Origin: Octopus vulgaris
Lineage: Eukaryota
Direction: 5' to 3'
Length of the DNA stretch: 64,000 bases
NCBI GenBank assembly: GCA_951406725.2
Contig: OX597835.1
Coordinates: 47,306,001-47,370,000 of the forward strand
Part shown: in pieces, positions 1-13,084 of the stretch
How positions within the stretch are numbered: position 1 is the stretch's first letter
How the letters are laid out: each line of letters starts with the position of its first letter
Notes under the pieces: model-generated
What the model saw: the letters and a program-made list of their open reading frames with translations, nothing else
Database searches by the model: none
Told to the model about the DNA's origin: nothing
Program-made: the position numbers and the translations under genes

Positions 1-201
1 ACAGAAAGGAACACGAGGAAATAAACAAAGAGAAAAAAAAAGCAGTTTAGTGTCTAGCGATCAATCATGGCGAATACTGGACAGAGGGGTTGCACCGGAG
101 AGCTAGGAGGAAGGGACGATAAAAAAGTAGTGGTGATCTCAAAATGAAGGTGCGCGTGCATATGTGTGTGAGAGCATGTATGTGCATGTGAATAAGGGCT
201 A

Positions 202-259
<58 letters not shown>

Positions 260-503
260 GTGCACATACACACACATAACAGAAGCACAAATAAAGGTTA
301 CAAACCTCATTAAGGGATAGTAAAATCCTATGAAAGTACTGGTTCGTTACCTATAAAAAGAATGTTGAACAGTATATGTAATACTCAACTGCTACTAGGT
401 AACTATATATACCGTGGTTTATATATATTCATATATTATAATAAGATGAGAAAATTGAAAGGTAATTAATAAATTATCTATTAATTAAAGAATTGACAAA
501 CAT

Positions 504-587
504 CCCTTACAGCTGTTTCAATTCCAGACCTTCAGACAATTAATTAATTAAATTAAAAATTATTTGAAGGTCAAATCTCTTCAGAGG
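504..587 (-). ncRNA. Type I hammerhead ribozyme motif, intact core
   Basis: cct-CTGAAGA-gattt gaccttca...tgaaggtc tggaatt-GAAAC-agct-GTA-agg; palindromic stem III ACAGCTGT. Confidence 0.55.
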
Positions 588-639
588 TAGATAAAGATAT
601 ACAAAATAGGTGTTCAATTTCCCCATGTTGAGTTAATGG

Positions 640-1284
640 TTTGCAGCCGTTCTCTCGTCTCTCTTGCATTCCATGTCTGATCCCTCTTATGCATAATTTT
701 TCTCTCAAGATGCTTACACCCTGGTGAACATACACACTGACATTGCACGTGCAGCGAAGCATACTGGCTTCATCTCTTTCAAGCCTATACATGTTCCTGG
801 CTGTCACAGCCCATGTTTCATTGCCATGTAGCACAGCTGTTCACACACAGGTACCATACAATCTGGCTTTCACCTTGAGAGAAAGATGCCCTTTGTTGCC
901 AGCAGAGGTAGGAGCTCTCTGAACTTTGCCCAGCCTAATCTTATTCTCACACCTATGCTCTCAGAGCATCCACCTCCACTACTAACTTGGTCACCTAGGT
1001 AACGGAAGCTATCCACTACCTCTAGTTGGCCCCACTTTCTAGTTGACGAAGTCTATTTTCTACACATCTCCAGCATTTATTGTACCTGTGCTTGTTCCCA
1101 CAACAAAAGCTAGTTTCCCTGTTAACCTTCCTCTGATATTGCTGACCCTTTTGTGTGTCCAAATCTTACACTGGGTACATCTTATGGAGTTTCTACCTAC
1201 GCCTTTTCTACAGATCGAACTGGGTCATTTACCTGAAGGGATTTGTGATTTGTCTGCCTTCCTACTTACAAAGACTTTGGTCTT
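640..1284 (-). mobile_element. RTE-clade LINE fragment, decayed
   Basis: LHGNETWAVTARNMYRLERDEASMLR and the CSICRKGVGRNSIRCTQC zinc-finger-like segment shared with the other RTE copies; stops and frameshifts. Confidence 0.85.
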
Positions 1285-1317
1285 ACAATTGTAATTATAT
1301 ATCTTTTTCTTGTCTAG

Positions 1318-1454
1318 TTGGTCTCATCTACAACAAAATTACCAAAAGACTCCAAGACAATCCAAAGTTTGAAGGACTTCATCTTGGACCTCCTGGTTTC
1401 ACTTTTATCATATTCCCTAACGTTTACCAAACCAAAACCTTCAATGGCATCATG
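1318..1454 (+). CDS. SPFH/Band-7 (prohibitin/erlin-like) domain protein, first exon visible in window (5' exon(s) upstream)
   Basis: ttttcttgtctAG acceptor, GTAAGT donor; encodes GLIYNKITKRLQDNPKFEGLHLGPPGFTFIIFPNVYQTKTFNGIM, like SPFH N-terminal 'EGLHF..P' segment; enters phase 1, exits phase 0. Confidence 0.85.
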
Positions 1455-1582
1455 GTAAGTTCCTTATTTTATTTCTACATAGAAACACTACCCACTCTCT
1501 CTCTCTCTCTCTCACTCCATCTTTCCCTCTCGCTCTCCTTCTCACTCATTCCCTCTCTCTCTTCTTACTCCCATTCTTTCAT

Positions 1583-1620
<38 letters not shown>

Positions 1621-1648
1621 TTTCCTTCTCGCTCTCCTTCTTACTCAT

Positions 1649-1724
<76 letters not shown>

Positions 1725-1988
1725 ACACACACACACACACACACACACACATGCACAAATGTGTGTATGTGTGTCTCCTTGCCATCACATCATGTTATAG
1801 TCGTAAATGAGCGCCACTGTTATAAAAGCAGTGTCATTCATTTTCAATATTCTAGAAAAACATGACTGGCCATGGGAACATATTACCATGCTCGGAAACA
1901 GGTTATCATTGGATCGTTGGTGACAGAAAGATCATCTGTCCATAATAATCTGGGAAAATAGACATTACAACAATGTTATACATGGATA

Positions 1989-2025
<37 letters not shown>

Positions 2026-2100
2026 GAAAGAAAAAGATGGTTTGTTTTTAAATAGTAGGAGTGTTGCTATGCACATACACACATATATCCTTACATATAA

Positions 2101-2144
<44 letters not shown>

Positions 2145-2145
2145 T

Positions 2146-3272
2146 TCATCATCATCGTCATCATCATCGTTTTCCCTGCTAGCATGGGTTGGATGGTTCG
2201 ACCGGGGTCTGGGAAGCCAGGAGGCTGCACCGGGCTCCAGTCTGATCTGGCAGTGTTTCTACAGCTGGATGCCCTTCCTAATGCCAACCACTCTGTGAGT
2301 GTAGTGGGTGCTTTTTACATGCCACTGGCATGGGGGCCAATCAAGGCAGCACTGGCATTGGCCACGTCCGGATGGTGCTTTTTACGTGCCACCGGCAAAG
2401 GCGTCACAACTACAATTTCCATTTGATGTTTATTTTGATGTTGATGTACTTGACTCAATAGGTCTCCTCAAGCACAGCAGGTTGCCTTATGATCCAAGGT
2501 AAGCACAGCAGGCCATCCTGCAATCCAAGGCACTTTGGAAGGGCTGGGGCTTCTATGTGAAGCTGGTGCAGGAAACAGCCATGAACTCACGTTATTTGTT
2601 GGGTCTTCACACAGCATATCTCCAGAGGTCTCGGTCTTTCGTCATTGCCTCTGTGTGACCCAACATTCAAAGGTCATGCTTGACCACCTCATCCCATGTC
2701 TTCCTGGGTCTACTTCTATCCTGGATTCCTTCAACTGTTTGGGAGTGGCACTTCTTCACACATCTCTCCTCATCCATCCATAATACATGACCATACCAGC
2801 GCAGACGTCTTTCTTGCACACCACATCCAATGCTTATTATGTCCAGTATTTCTCTCAGGGTGCTTACACTCTGTTGTGGGTGCACACTGACATTACACAT
2901 CCAGCAGATCATGCTAATTCATTTCTTTCAAGCCTACACATGTACTCTGCAGTCACAGCCCATGTTTCACTGCTGTGAAGCATGGCAGTTCGCACACATG
3001 CATCGGACACTCTACCTTTCACTCTAAGCGAGAGACCCTTTGACACCTGTAGGTGTAGAAGCTTTCTAAACTTTGCCCATGTTATTCTTATTCTAGTGGT
3101 AACACTCTCTGAGCATCCACCCCACTACTAACGTGGTCACCTAGGTAGCAGAAACTATCAACTATTTCTAGTTTCTCCCCCAGGAGTGTGATGGAATCTG
3201 TTTTCTGAGTATCAATGGTGTCTATTGCACCTGTGCATCTGCCACACACAAAAGCTATCTTCTTGATTAATT
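2146..3272 (-). mobile_element. RTE LINE 3' fragment with 3' UTR and (GAT)n tail
   Basis: RRLRWYGHVLWMDEERCVKK...RSRPRKTWDEVVKHDL is the typical RTE ORF end; UTR ends in (cat)n on + strand. Confidence 0.88.
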
Positions 3273-3477
3273 TTGTATATATATGTGTGGAGGAACTTAT
3301 TGTGTGTGTATATTTTCATAAACATTCATACATACATATACTGAGTGTTCTTGAGAAATGGAAAAAATAAAATATAAAAATAAAGAAAATATTGTGTCCA
3401 TTTTTTTTTTACTTGGCACTCCCTTGAGTATGTGTGTGCATGTGTGTATTCTTTTATAAACATATATTCTTATACAT

Positions 3478-3500
3478 ATGTGTATGTATGTATGTATGTA

Positions 3501-3533
<33 letters not shown>

Positions 3534-3858
3534 ATGTATGTGTGTGTGTATGTATGTGTGTGTGTATGTATGTGTATGTATGTATGTATGTATGTATGTA
3601 TGTGTGTATGTATGTGTGTATGTATGTGTGTATGTATGTGTGTGTATGTATGTGTGTGTATGTGTGTATGTGTATGTATGTGTGTGTGTATGTATGTGTG
3701 TATGTATGTATGTATGTATGCATGCATGTATGTATGTATGCATGTATGTATGTATGTATGCATGTATGTATGTATGCATGTATGTATGTATGTATGTATT
3801 TATGTATGTATGTATGTATGTGTGTATGTATGTGTGTGTGTATGTATGTATGTATGTA
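3478..3858. repeat. (TATG)n/(TG)n microsatellite
   Basis: read directly. Confidence 0.97.
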
Positions 3859-3899
3859 ACATTGACTGTATCTTCTTCCCATCTGTGTCTTCCCATCAG

Positions 3900-4032
3900 T
3901 GTCTCAACCAGAATGGAGTTCGTATCATTTTGGACGTTTCCTGCCAATTCAAAGTCCAGCTTCATTCAATGAAGAAAGTCATCAAAGAGTTTAAGGACTT
4001 CGACGGATTAAAAAGGGTGCTCCAGTATGCAG
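3900..4032 (+). CDS. SPFH-domain protein exon
   Basis: cttcccatcAG / GTAAGC; CLNQNGVRIILDVSCQFKVQLHSMKKVIKEFKDFDGLKRVLQYA; phase 0 to 1 fits neighbours. Confidence 0.85.
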
Positions 4033-4599
4033 GTAAGCAATGTACAAGTAGCAGTAGGAGTGGTGTTTGGTGGTGGTAGTAGTAGTAGTAGTAGGTTTAG
4101 TGGTAATTGTAGTAACCATGGTGGTACTAGTAGTGGTGGCTGTGCTGAAAGTTATAGTGTGTTATAGTGGTGATGGTAGTGGTTGTTTTTGTGGTGTTAC
4201 TATAGCAATGGTCTAGGTGTTGGTACTGGCACTGGTGATAGTGTAGCAGCTGTGATGGTGCTGCTTATAATTAATTAATTTCTATCATCTAAAACTAAAC
4301 TGATTGCAATTAAGTTTCCATGTGTTTTAATTACTTAGTTCATCAGTTGACTCCTTTGGAGTGATATTTGTGTGTGTGCATGTACGTATATATTGTATTG
4401 TATATTGTATTACATAAGTATGTATCCTATTATATATATGTGTGTGTGTGTATATATATATAAAGGTTAGTAGAGTTAGAGGCTGGAATAACCATCCATT
4501 TGTGGAGTACTCAGCCACTTGCACGTTAATTTCACAAGCAGGTTGTTCCATTGAATAAATCAACTGGTCCCCTTGTCATCATAACTGACAGAGGGTCAG

Positions 4600-4634
<35 letters not shown>

Positions 4635-4638
<4 letters not shown>

Positions 4639-5006
4639 ATAGGAAAGAACGGAGCTGAACGAAGATTTAACAAAATTCCTTTATTTTATTTTCGACATAT
4701 GTTTCGAAGTCTGCAAAGTCCCTAATTCCGAATGAAGAAGGAGTCCATTATGCAGCTTTCTCTTCAGGAAAATCCAGGAACTTAATTCTCCAACAAAATG
4801 CACAACAAGCTTTTCGACGACTGCTCCTCAAAAACTTGTGCATTTTGTTGGAGAATTAAGTTCCTGGATTTTCCTGAAGAGAAAGCTGCATAATGGACTC
4901 CTTATTCATTCGGAATTAGGGACTTTGCAAACTTCGAAACATATGTCAAAAATAAAATAAAGGAATTTTGTTAAATCTTCGTTTAACTCCATTCTTTCCT
5001 ACACTT
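4635..5006. repeat. Long inverted repeat, ~170-bp arms, ~30-nt spacer, beside (TA)n
   Basis: 4635-4805 is a near-perfect reverse complement of 4836-5006. Confidence 0.95.
4689..4772 (-). ncRNA. Type I hammerhead ribozyme motif, intact core
   Basis: minus strand ttttc-CTGAAGA-[long stem II]-GAAAC-atat-GTC-gaaaa; stem I ttttc/gaaaa; palindromic stem III ACATATGT. Confidence 0.65.
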
Positions 5007-5180
5007 AATATATAAAACTTCAAATTTCCGCACTAAGGCACGGATTTTATGCCCTATGGTCGTAACTTCAACCGTGCTTTTTCTGTTGTGAGTTTGCTAC
5101 CCAGGTATCGGTTATCTTTTGAATTATCCATAATAAGATAATTCATTTGTCTACTTATATAATTATATATATATATATGA

Positions 5181-5375
5181 AGTACAATCGTTGCAAGAAA
5201 TAGCAGCAAGCAAGCTATCAGTGCTATGTAGAACTTCACTGAATGTTTACAGGTAGATATTTGCGGGCAGTGAATATAGGAAAATTCTGTCTAACCTCTC
5301 CGCCTGTAAACATTCAGTGAAACTCTACATAGTGCTGATAGCTTACCAGCTACTATTTCTAGCAATGATCGTACT
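5181..5375. repeat. Foldback/MITE, ~73-bp imperfect arms
   Basis: agtacaatcgttgcaagaaatagc...tgaatgtttacagg vs cctgtaaacattca...ctatttctagcaatgatcgtact. Confidence 0.85.
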
Positions 5376-5464
5376 ATTTACACATCCATTTTGCATTTTT
5401 ATTATTCTACCTTTTATGGTGCTTTAGTCACAGTGATATTATTTTTAATAATATTTATATTTCT

Positions 5465-5515
<51 letters not shown>

Positions 5516-5710
5516 TAGAAGGTTTGGAGATGATGTACAGGTATTATACATTAGAAGAGATGAAGTACTCAGAAATCTGGAATCTTTTATATTTACAGAT
5601 ATTTATTAGTATGTTACTAATAAATATCTGTAAATATAAAACCATCCAGATTTCTGAATACCTCATTTCTTCTAATGTATAATAACTGTACATCATCTCC
5701 AAACCTTCTA
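5516..5710. repeat. Palindrome, ~96-bp arms, 3-nt loop, (TA)n on both sides
   Basis: tagaaggtttggagatgatgtacag...tttattagta tgt tactaataaa...ctgtacatcatctccaaaccttcta. Confidence 0.95.
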
Positions 5711-5712
5711 TA

Positions 5713-5761
<49 letters not shown>

Positions 5762-5859
5762 TCAAATGAAAGACAGAAGATGGAATATATATATATATAT
5801 ATGTTGTAGGGTATATATATATGATATGCATGTATATCACTGTTTAATAATCTTTCCAG

Positions 5860-5999
5860 GTACTGCTGCAATCCATGAAGCCTGCAGTAATTTCACAACG
5901 GCCGAATTCCAAGAAAGGCGAGAAGCATTTCGGAAACTTGTTCAAGAAATCATGGAATTCAGATTCAATGCTCTTAATACTGATATTTCTAGCATTCAG
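5860..5999 (+). CDS. SPFH-domain protein exon
   Basis: tctttccAG / GTAATC; GTAAIHEACSNFTTAEFQERREAFRKLVQEIMEFRFNALNTDISSIQ; phase 1 to 0. Confidence 0.88.
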
Positions 6000-6614
6000 G
6001 TAATCATGAAATATTTCCTGATAAATTCTTTGATCTTTGCACAAAACATAAGAGAATAACTGAGTCATATCTTTTTTATCTTTCATCTTTTACGAGTATC
6101 GGTCCTTGGTTTGTGGCCATACTGTAGCACAGCCTTGAAGGATTTAGTAGAATGGATCATTCCCCAGGGGACAAGTTTTTGTCTTTTTCTTTATGTTTGG
6201 TACTTATATATTATATTTTGAAATAATAGCATGAAATTTAATATGAAAAAAATTCCTCACAAAAATATCATCATCATCATCATCATCATTTAACGTCCGC
6301 TTTCCATGCTAGCATGGGTTAGACGGTTCAACTGGGGTCTGGGGAGCCCAAAGGCTGCACCAGGCCAGTCAGATCTGGAAGTGTTTCTACAGCTGGATGC
6401 CCTTCCTAATGCCAACCACTCCGAGAGTGTAGTGGGTGATTTTATGTGCCACCGACGCAGGTGCCAGACGAGGCTGGCGAACGGCCACACTCGGATGGTG
6501 TTTTTTATGTGCCACCGACACAATGTGTTTAAAATAGTAATGTAGTAAAAATATATGCAAATATATGAAATATGACAGTTTAAAAGTTTGGTAATTAATG
6601 CATCTTATATGCAT

Positions 6615-6682
<68 letters not shown>

Positions 6683-6716
6683 ACATAATACATATATGTA
6701 TATATACACATACGTA

Positions 6717-6942
6717 TACAAAGGGTTGCTGAAAAGTTCTTGGCTTTAAGGGTTCTGTAAAAGGCCTGGTTGGAGGCCCAAACTTCCAAGTTCTTTTGCA
6801 GGGTTTAGAAAAACTAAAAGACCACTGCAATAAATGTGTGAATTTGAGAGGGGAATATTTTGAATAAAATCATAATTAACTGATCTGCCTGCATTTTCTT
6901 TTACCCAAAGCCAAGAACTTTTCAGCCCCACCCCTTCATGTA
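6717..6942. mobile_element. Mariner-type MITE (second copy 7380-7612)
   Basis: TIRs gctgaaaagttcttggcttt / aaagccaagaacttttcagc; two ~225-bp homologous copies. Confidence 0.75.
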
Positions 6943-7624
6943 TGTATATACTATAGATATCCCTCTCTCTCTTTCGGAGAAGCACAAGCACCTACACGCA
7001 CATATACACACACGGCAGTAACTTCCACCTACCGAATTCAATCACAAAGCTCCGGTCGGCTCGGGGCTATAGTGGAAGACACCTACTCATAGTGCCACAC
7101 AGTGGGACTGAACCCGAAACCATATAGCTAGGAAGCAAGCTCCCTAACCACACAGCCATGCCTGCGCCTACATATATTTACATAATTATAATTAAGGGTA
7201 CTGGAGGGTTACTACCATGTTAGATATAGAAGTCAAAACTGACTCTAAAACCGCTTCATGTATCCATGGAGTACAGGTGGGAGAATAAATGAACAAAGAA
7301 ATTAGCAAAAAGTTAATGGTTAATCCCAGATTAACGATTTCTGGTTTAGTAATAAAATACTTTGCCTTCATCAGTGGATACACAAGGGGGGGGGGGGGCT
7401 AAAAAGTTCCTGGCTTTAAGGGTATCATGAAAGGTCTGGTTGGAGGCCTAACCTTCTGAGTTCTTTTACAGGGCTTAGAAAAACTGAAGGGCGATTGCAA
7501 TAAATGAGTGAATATTAGAGAGGAAGGAATATGTTGATTAAAATCAGAATTAACTGATCCTCTTGTATTTTCTTTTACCCAAAGCCAAGAACTTTTCAAT
7601 ACACACTCATAAATATGCTTATTT

Positions 7625-7676
<52 letters not shown>

Positions 7677-9504
7677 TACTCTTTACTCTTTTTTACTCTT
7701 TTACTTGTTTCAGTCATTTGACTGCGGCCATGCTGGAGCACTGCCATTAGTCGAACAAATCAACCCCGAGACTTATTCCTTGTAAGCCCAGTACTTATTC
7801 TATCGGTCTCTTTTGCCGAACCGCTAAGTAACGGGGACATAAACACACCAGCATCGGTTGTCAAGCAATGCTAGGGGGACAAACATAGACACACAAACAC
7901 ATACATACACATATATATATATATATACATATATATGACAGGCTTCTTTCAGTTTCCGTCTACCAAATCCACTCACAAGGCATTGGTCAGCCCGGGGCTA
8001 TAACAGAAGACACTTACCCAAGGTGCCACGCAGTGGGACTGAACCCAGAACCATGTGGTTGGTAAACAAGCTACTTACCACACAGCCACTCCTGCGCCTA
8101 TATATATATAATTCACACACACACAATAGGCTTGTTTCAGTTTTTATTTGCTAAATCCTTTCACAAAGCTTTGCTCAACCTGGGGCTATAGTAGAAGTCA
8201 CTTGTCCAAAGGGTCACGCAATGAGATTGAACCCAGGACGATGCGGCTGGGAAGTAAGCTCCTTACCCACTCAGCCATGTCAGTACCAACATATTCTTTC
8301 ATTCTTTTACTTATTTCAGTCATTTGACTGTGGCAATGCTGGAGTACTGCCTTAAAGGGTCTTTTAGCTGAAGAAATTGGCCCCAGGACTTATTCTTTGT
8401 AACCCTATAACTTGTTCTATTGTTTTCTTTTGCTGTACCACAAAATGACAGGGACGTAAGCACACCAACACCAGTTATTAAGTGATGGTGCTAGGACAAA
8501 CATAGACACAAACACATAAATACATACATATATATATATATCTAATATATATATATATTTGCACACACACACACACACACACACATATATACGACGGGCT
8601 TCTTTCAGTTTCCGTCTACCAAATCCACTCACAAAGCTTTGATCAGCCTGTGGCTATAGTAGAAGATACTTGCCCTAGGTGCCACACAGTGGGACTGAAT
8701 GAACCAAGAATTTTATGGTTAGGGAACAAGCTTCTTATCACACAGCCACACCTGTGCCTATACACACACACACACACGTAAAAAGCACACACACACACAC
8801 ACACATATCTATATATATAATATATATATATATACACACACACACACATAAATATCTATATATACACACACACACACATATATATTGTCCCTTACAGGCT
8901 ACAGTGATCCCTTGTCACATCTTTATAAAACAGAATGTTACAGGTGAGGGGAGATGGGGGTGATGAATATTGAGGAACGCCTGCTGCTTGTAAACCTAAC
9001 AGTAAAGTACATACTAGCATACACAATGTAGAACCCCCGACCCCTGATCCCAAAACAAATTAAGTTTTTGCGATGAGATGAGAACTCGTTAACGAAATTG
9101 AATGATTATTTATATGGCTGTCATAAGTACCACCACCACCAACACCACAACATTCACCACCAAAATGACCACCACTATCACTACTACCATCACCACCACC
9201 ACCACTACCAGCAGCCCCACCACCACCACCACTACTATCACTACTACCACCACCACCAACAACACCCCTGTCACCACCAAGACCACTACCACTGTCACTA
9301 CCATCACCACCACCACCTCTACTGCCGCCACCATGAACACCACCATCACCGCCACCACCACGACTACCATCACCACTGAGACCAACACCGACACCACCAC
9401 CACCACCATTGCTAAACAATTTTAAGCAATAATTGTACTCCTTCCTCGCCATCTTCTCCGTACTTAAAACAATCCGTACTGAGCAATCTGATAGGATAAT
9501 TATA

Positions 9505-9542
<38 letters not shown>

Positions 9543-9578
9543 CTCTCTAAATATAAATGCAGCTTGAAATAATTGTTG

Positions 9579-9623
<45 letters not shown>

Positions 9624-10550
9624 AGAGAAAACCCAGAGTGTTTTGTTCCATTCTAGTAGCAAGTGTTTGGGATACGAGTGGGCAGGTGCTTGGCAATGGA
9701 ATCCAATAAACCTTTAGGAACAAGAGCCAAATGGAATTTAACAGACCGAATTCCTTCGAAATATATTCCCTCACAAAACTCTTTGTTTGGAATCACCTCT
9801 ATGGGGTCTTTTTCTAACATTGCTAATTCCAGTACAAGGACAGCGGACTGACAGAATCATCACTTCCTCCTCCTCCTCCTCATCATCATCATCATCCTTA
9901 TCCTCCTCATCATCATCCTTATCCTTCTCCGCCTCTTCCTCCCCTCCTCTTCCTCCCTCCTTGTCCTTCCTCCTTGTCCTCCTCCTTTCCTCCTCCTTAT
10001 CCTTCTCCTCATCCTTATCTTCCTCCTCATCATCATCAGCAGCAGCATCATGACCATCACCCTTCTGGGTTCAAATTCTGCTGAGGTCGACTTTGTTTAT
10101 CGACCCCACAAAAGGATGAAAGGCAAAGTACCAGTCAGGTATTGGGTGGGGTTGACTAACTCCCTCCCCCACCCCACCCAAAAACCATTTCAGGCCTTGT
10201 GCCTATAGAAGAAAGGATTATTATTATCATTATCAAGGCAGCAAGCTGGCAGAGTCGTTAGCATGCTGGGCAAAATGCTTAGCAGTATTTTGTCTGTCTT
10301 CACTTTCTGAGTTCAAATTCCACCGAGGTCAACTTTGCCTTTCATTCTTTCAGGGTGAATAAAATAAGTACCAGCTGAACACTGCGGTTGATGTAACCAA
10401 TTAACACCTTCCTAAAATTTCAGGCCTTGTACCTACAGCAGAAAGGACTATTATCATTATTATTATTATTAAGGTGGTGCTCCAGTATGGCCACAGTCTA
10501 ATAACTGAAACATATTACAGACTTAACATTTTCCCCTACTCTCATTCCAG

Positions 10551-10625
10551 GTCAACAACATCAGACGTCCTCAACCATATGAAAAAGCCATTCGAGCGAA
10601 AGAAAGAGCCAGAGAAGATATATTG
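10551..10625 (+). CDS. SPFH-domain protein exon
   Basis: ctctcattccAG / GTAAAA; VNNIRRPQPYEKAIRAKERAREDIL (end of SPFH domain, start of coiled coil); phase 0 to 0. Confidence 0.85.
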
Positions 10626-10872
10626 GTAAAAGAAATTCCACTCCTTTTAATGTTAATAATTTTGGTGCTAATGGCTTTTTATACGGCGCCGTGTTTTACA
10701 ATCCTGTAAAAAATATTAACAGTATTTTTATATAAGCTTAAAGAAGGCTTTCCTATCCTTTTTTTTTCTGTCGAGGGCTTATATGCCTCTTTCTTTATTA
10801 GACTAGTTTCCTTAGTTACTGCATGGTGATTACTATAAGCTTTAAGTTATATAAAAATACTGTTAATATTTT

Positions 10873-11081
10873 TGGTTGTATACTGTCAATCTAACGTGAA
10901 CGTGACAGTAGGGGATTACATCACCGCTGTTTAGCCCTAGGAAGCATCAACGCTTCCTGATGGCTTCGACACATTTTTTTCATGTCGAAGCCATCAGGAA
11001 GCGTCGATGCTTCCTAGGGCTAAACAGCGGTGGTGTAACTCCCTACTGTCACGTTCACGTTAAATTGACAGTATACAACCA
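10873..11081. repeat. Palindrome, ~99-bp arms, 11-nt loop; abuts a TIR element at 10709-10872
   Basis: tggttgtatactgtcaat...ggcttcgaca catttttttca tgtcgaagcc...attgacagtatacaacca. Confidence 0.95.
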
Positions 11082-13084
11082 TTCTATCGCCCCACCACCG
11101 TACCTATCTCTATGAGAGATTTAGAAATTTAATATTTCTGATGTTGATATTTTTATTTTATTAAAACATTTAAATACCAAGAAACAGGAAAGAAGAGACA
11201 CAGGAAAGAAAAGGAAAAAAGGGTGGAGTAAAGCAGTGAAAGATGGAGAGGGAGGAGGGTGATGGGCCACATACCCCAGAGAGCACATGGTGTGCTCAGC
11301 TGTGCTTGGTGATAGCGTTGCAGTGGAGAATGGCCAGTGATACTCTCTGAAGTAGCCACTCCACTTTGTGGGGCTCATTTCTCTATTTTGCAGAGGGAAT
11401 TGGTCATACGGATTCCCAGAACACCTGACATCATGATGGTGACTAGCATAAACTGGTTGAAACCGGTCAGATGTCTGTATCGATTGATTTTTTTCCTTTT
11501 CCTCCGCATTACAGGCAGTGACACCCGGGTTATTTCCTGTGTCTTTTACTGCCTCCTTAACCCTTTTGTTACCATATTTCTGTTGAGATGCTCTGTAGTT
11601 CTTTCAATTAATTTTAAATATAACAAAGAATTTAGTAAATTAGTTTCGTTATCATTAAGCCCAGCATTAGGAACATAAATTGTGACTAAGGTTTGGTGGA
11701 AGATTTTAATTCAGAACATTTGAAAAGAAGACATTTGTACTACAGAGCCAGAGGTGGTTTCAACCAGGTTGGTATCAAAAGGGTTGAGCAAATTTTATGC
11801 TTGTTGTTGTTATTTTGAATGATGGGAAATAATCAAAAGAATACAATTGCAAATCCAAGCACCGGGAATGGGTTCACAGGAAGGATCTCTGGAGTAACAT
11901 TACTTAACGGGGTGCATAGCCCCAAGATCAAAGAGTCTTTCCTGGTTGAGCCTTTACTTCTCCACATTGAGAAACCACAGCACCAGGATTATGGCCAAGT
12001 AATTAGGGAATGTCCCAGAAAAGAACTGCAAGACAAATTCTTCAAATGAAACCAACCAGCAAGAGGCCAAGGGGTCGACCAGGAACAAGATGGCTGAATA
12101 ATGGTTTTTTATGCTTATTTTTTATCTTTTGCTTGTTTTGGTCATTTGACAGCAGCCACTCCGGGGCACCACCTTGAAGGGTTTCAGCTGAACAAGTCAA
12201 CCCTTGGACTTACCACGGTCTCTTTTTGCTAGACCGATAAGATATGGGGATATAAACACACCAACACCAGTTGGTTAGTAATTTTGAGGGACAAACAGAC
12301 ACAATAATACACACACATTGATATACATATGTGACGGGCTTCTTTCAGTTTCCATCTACCAAATCCACTCACAAGGCTTTGGTCAGCCCAAAGCTATAAT
12401 AGAAGACACTTATCCAAGGTGCCACACAATGGGACTGAACCCGAAACCATGTGGTTGGTAAGCAAGCTTCTCACCACACATCCACAATTGTGCTGGGGAA
12501 TGGTTACTTCTGAACTTCTAAGAACAGTGTGCAGAGAAGGTGAACGCATATTGAGCTTTCTTTTTGTTTTTCATCTCCCAAGTCAACCATGACCAAAAGC
12601 ACACCTTTAATAGGAATTTTGTATTTAAATATTTATATATATATATATATATAGTATATGTAGAAAAATACAAACTGGGACAAGAACGTAAAACATTTAG
12701 TAGACGATACAAAAAAAAAACGGACAGGACATTTGAAGCCTTCAATCTTCAGTCAAGAACCGGATCATCCTCGCAATTTCGGCTGATTAATCTTGAGATT
12801 GCTTCAATCCGGCCAGCCCCAAGGAAAAACTAAGCTACGAGCATTAGATTTCTTGGAAGAAGGATCGAATGTATATGAAACAGGGACAGAAAAACGGACG
12901 ATGCCACACGAATATAAATACAAAAACAATAATGGTAAAAACAGGACAAAAACAGCAGGTGTCTTACGACTAAAGACAGTACAACTTAGTTTAGCTGGCG
13001 TATTTGGAAAAAAATATATATATACACACACACTCATTTATATATACATTTTTATACTACACAGGAACTTGACTCGCTTAAAAT

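Noticed and set aside
9060-9662. Gly-rich, Thr-rich (mucin-like) and His-rich ORFs
   Set aside because: Degenerate (CAC/TAC)n intronic repeat; no splice context fitting the gene
12715-12765. Additional hammerhead candidates (CTGAAGA...cttcAAATGTC on minus; also GAAACCCCATAAGGGTC near 39848-39866)
   Set aside because: Core or stems too degenerate to support, though the first lies in a repeat-like stretch that may be Penelope-related
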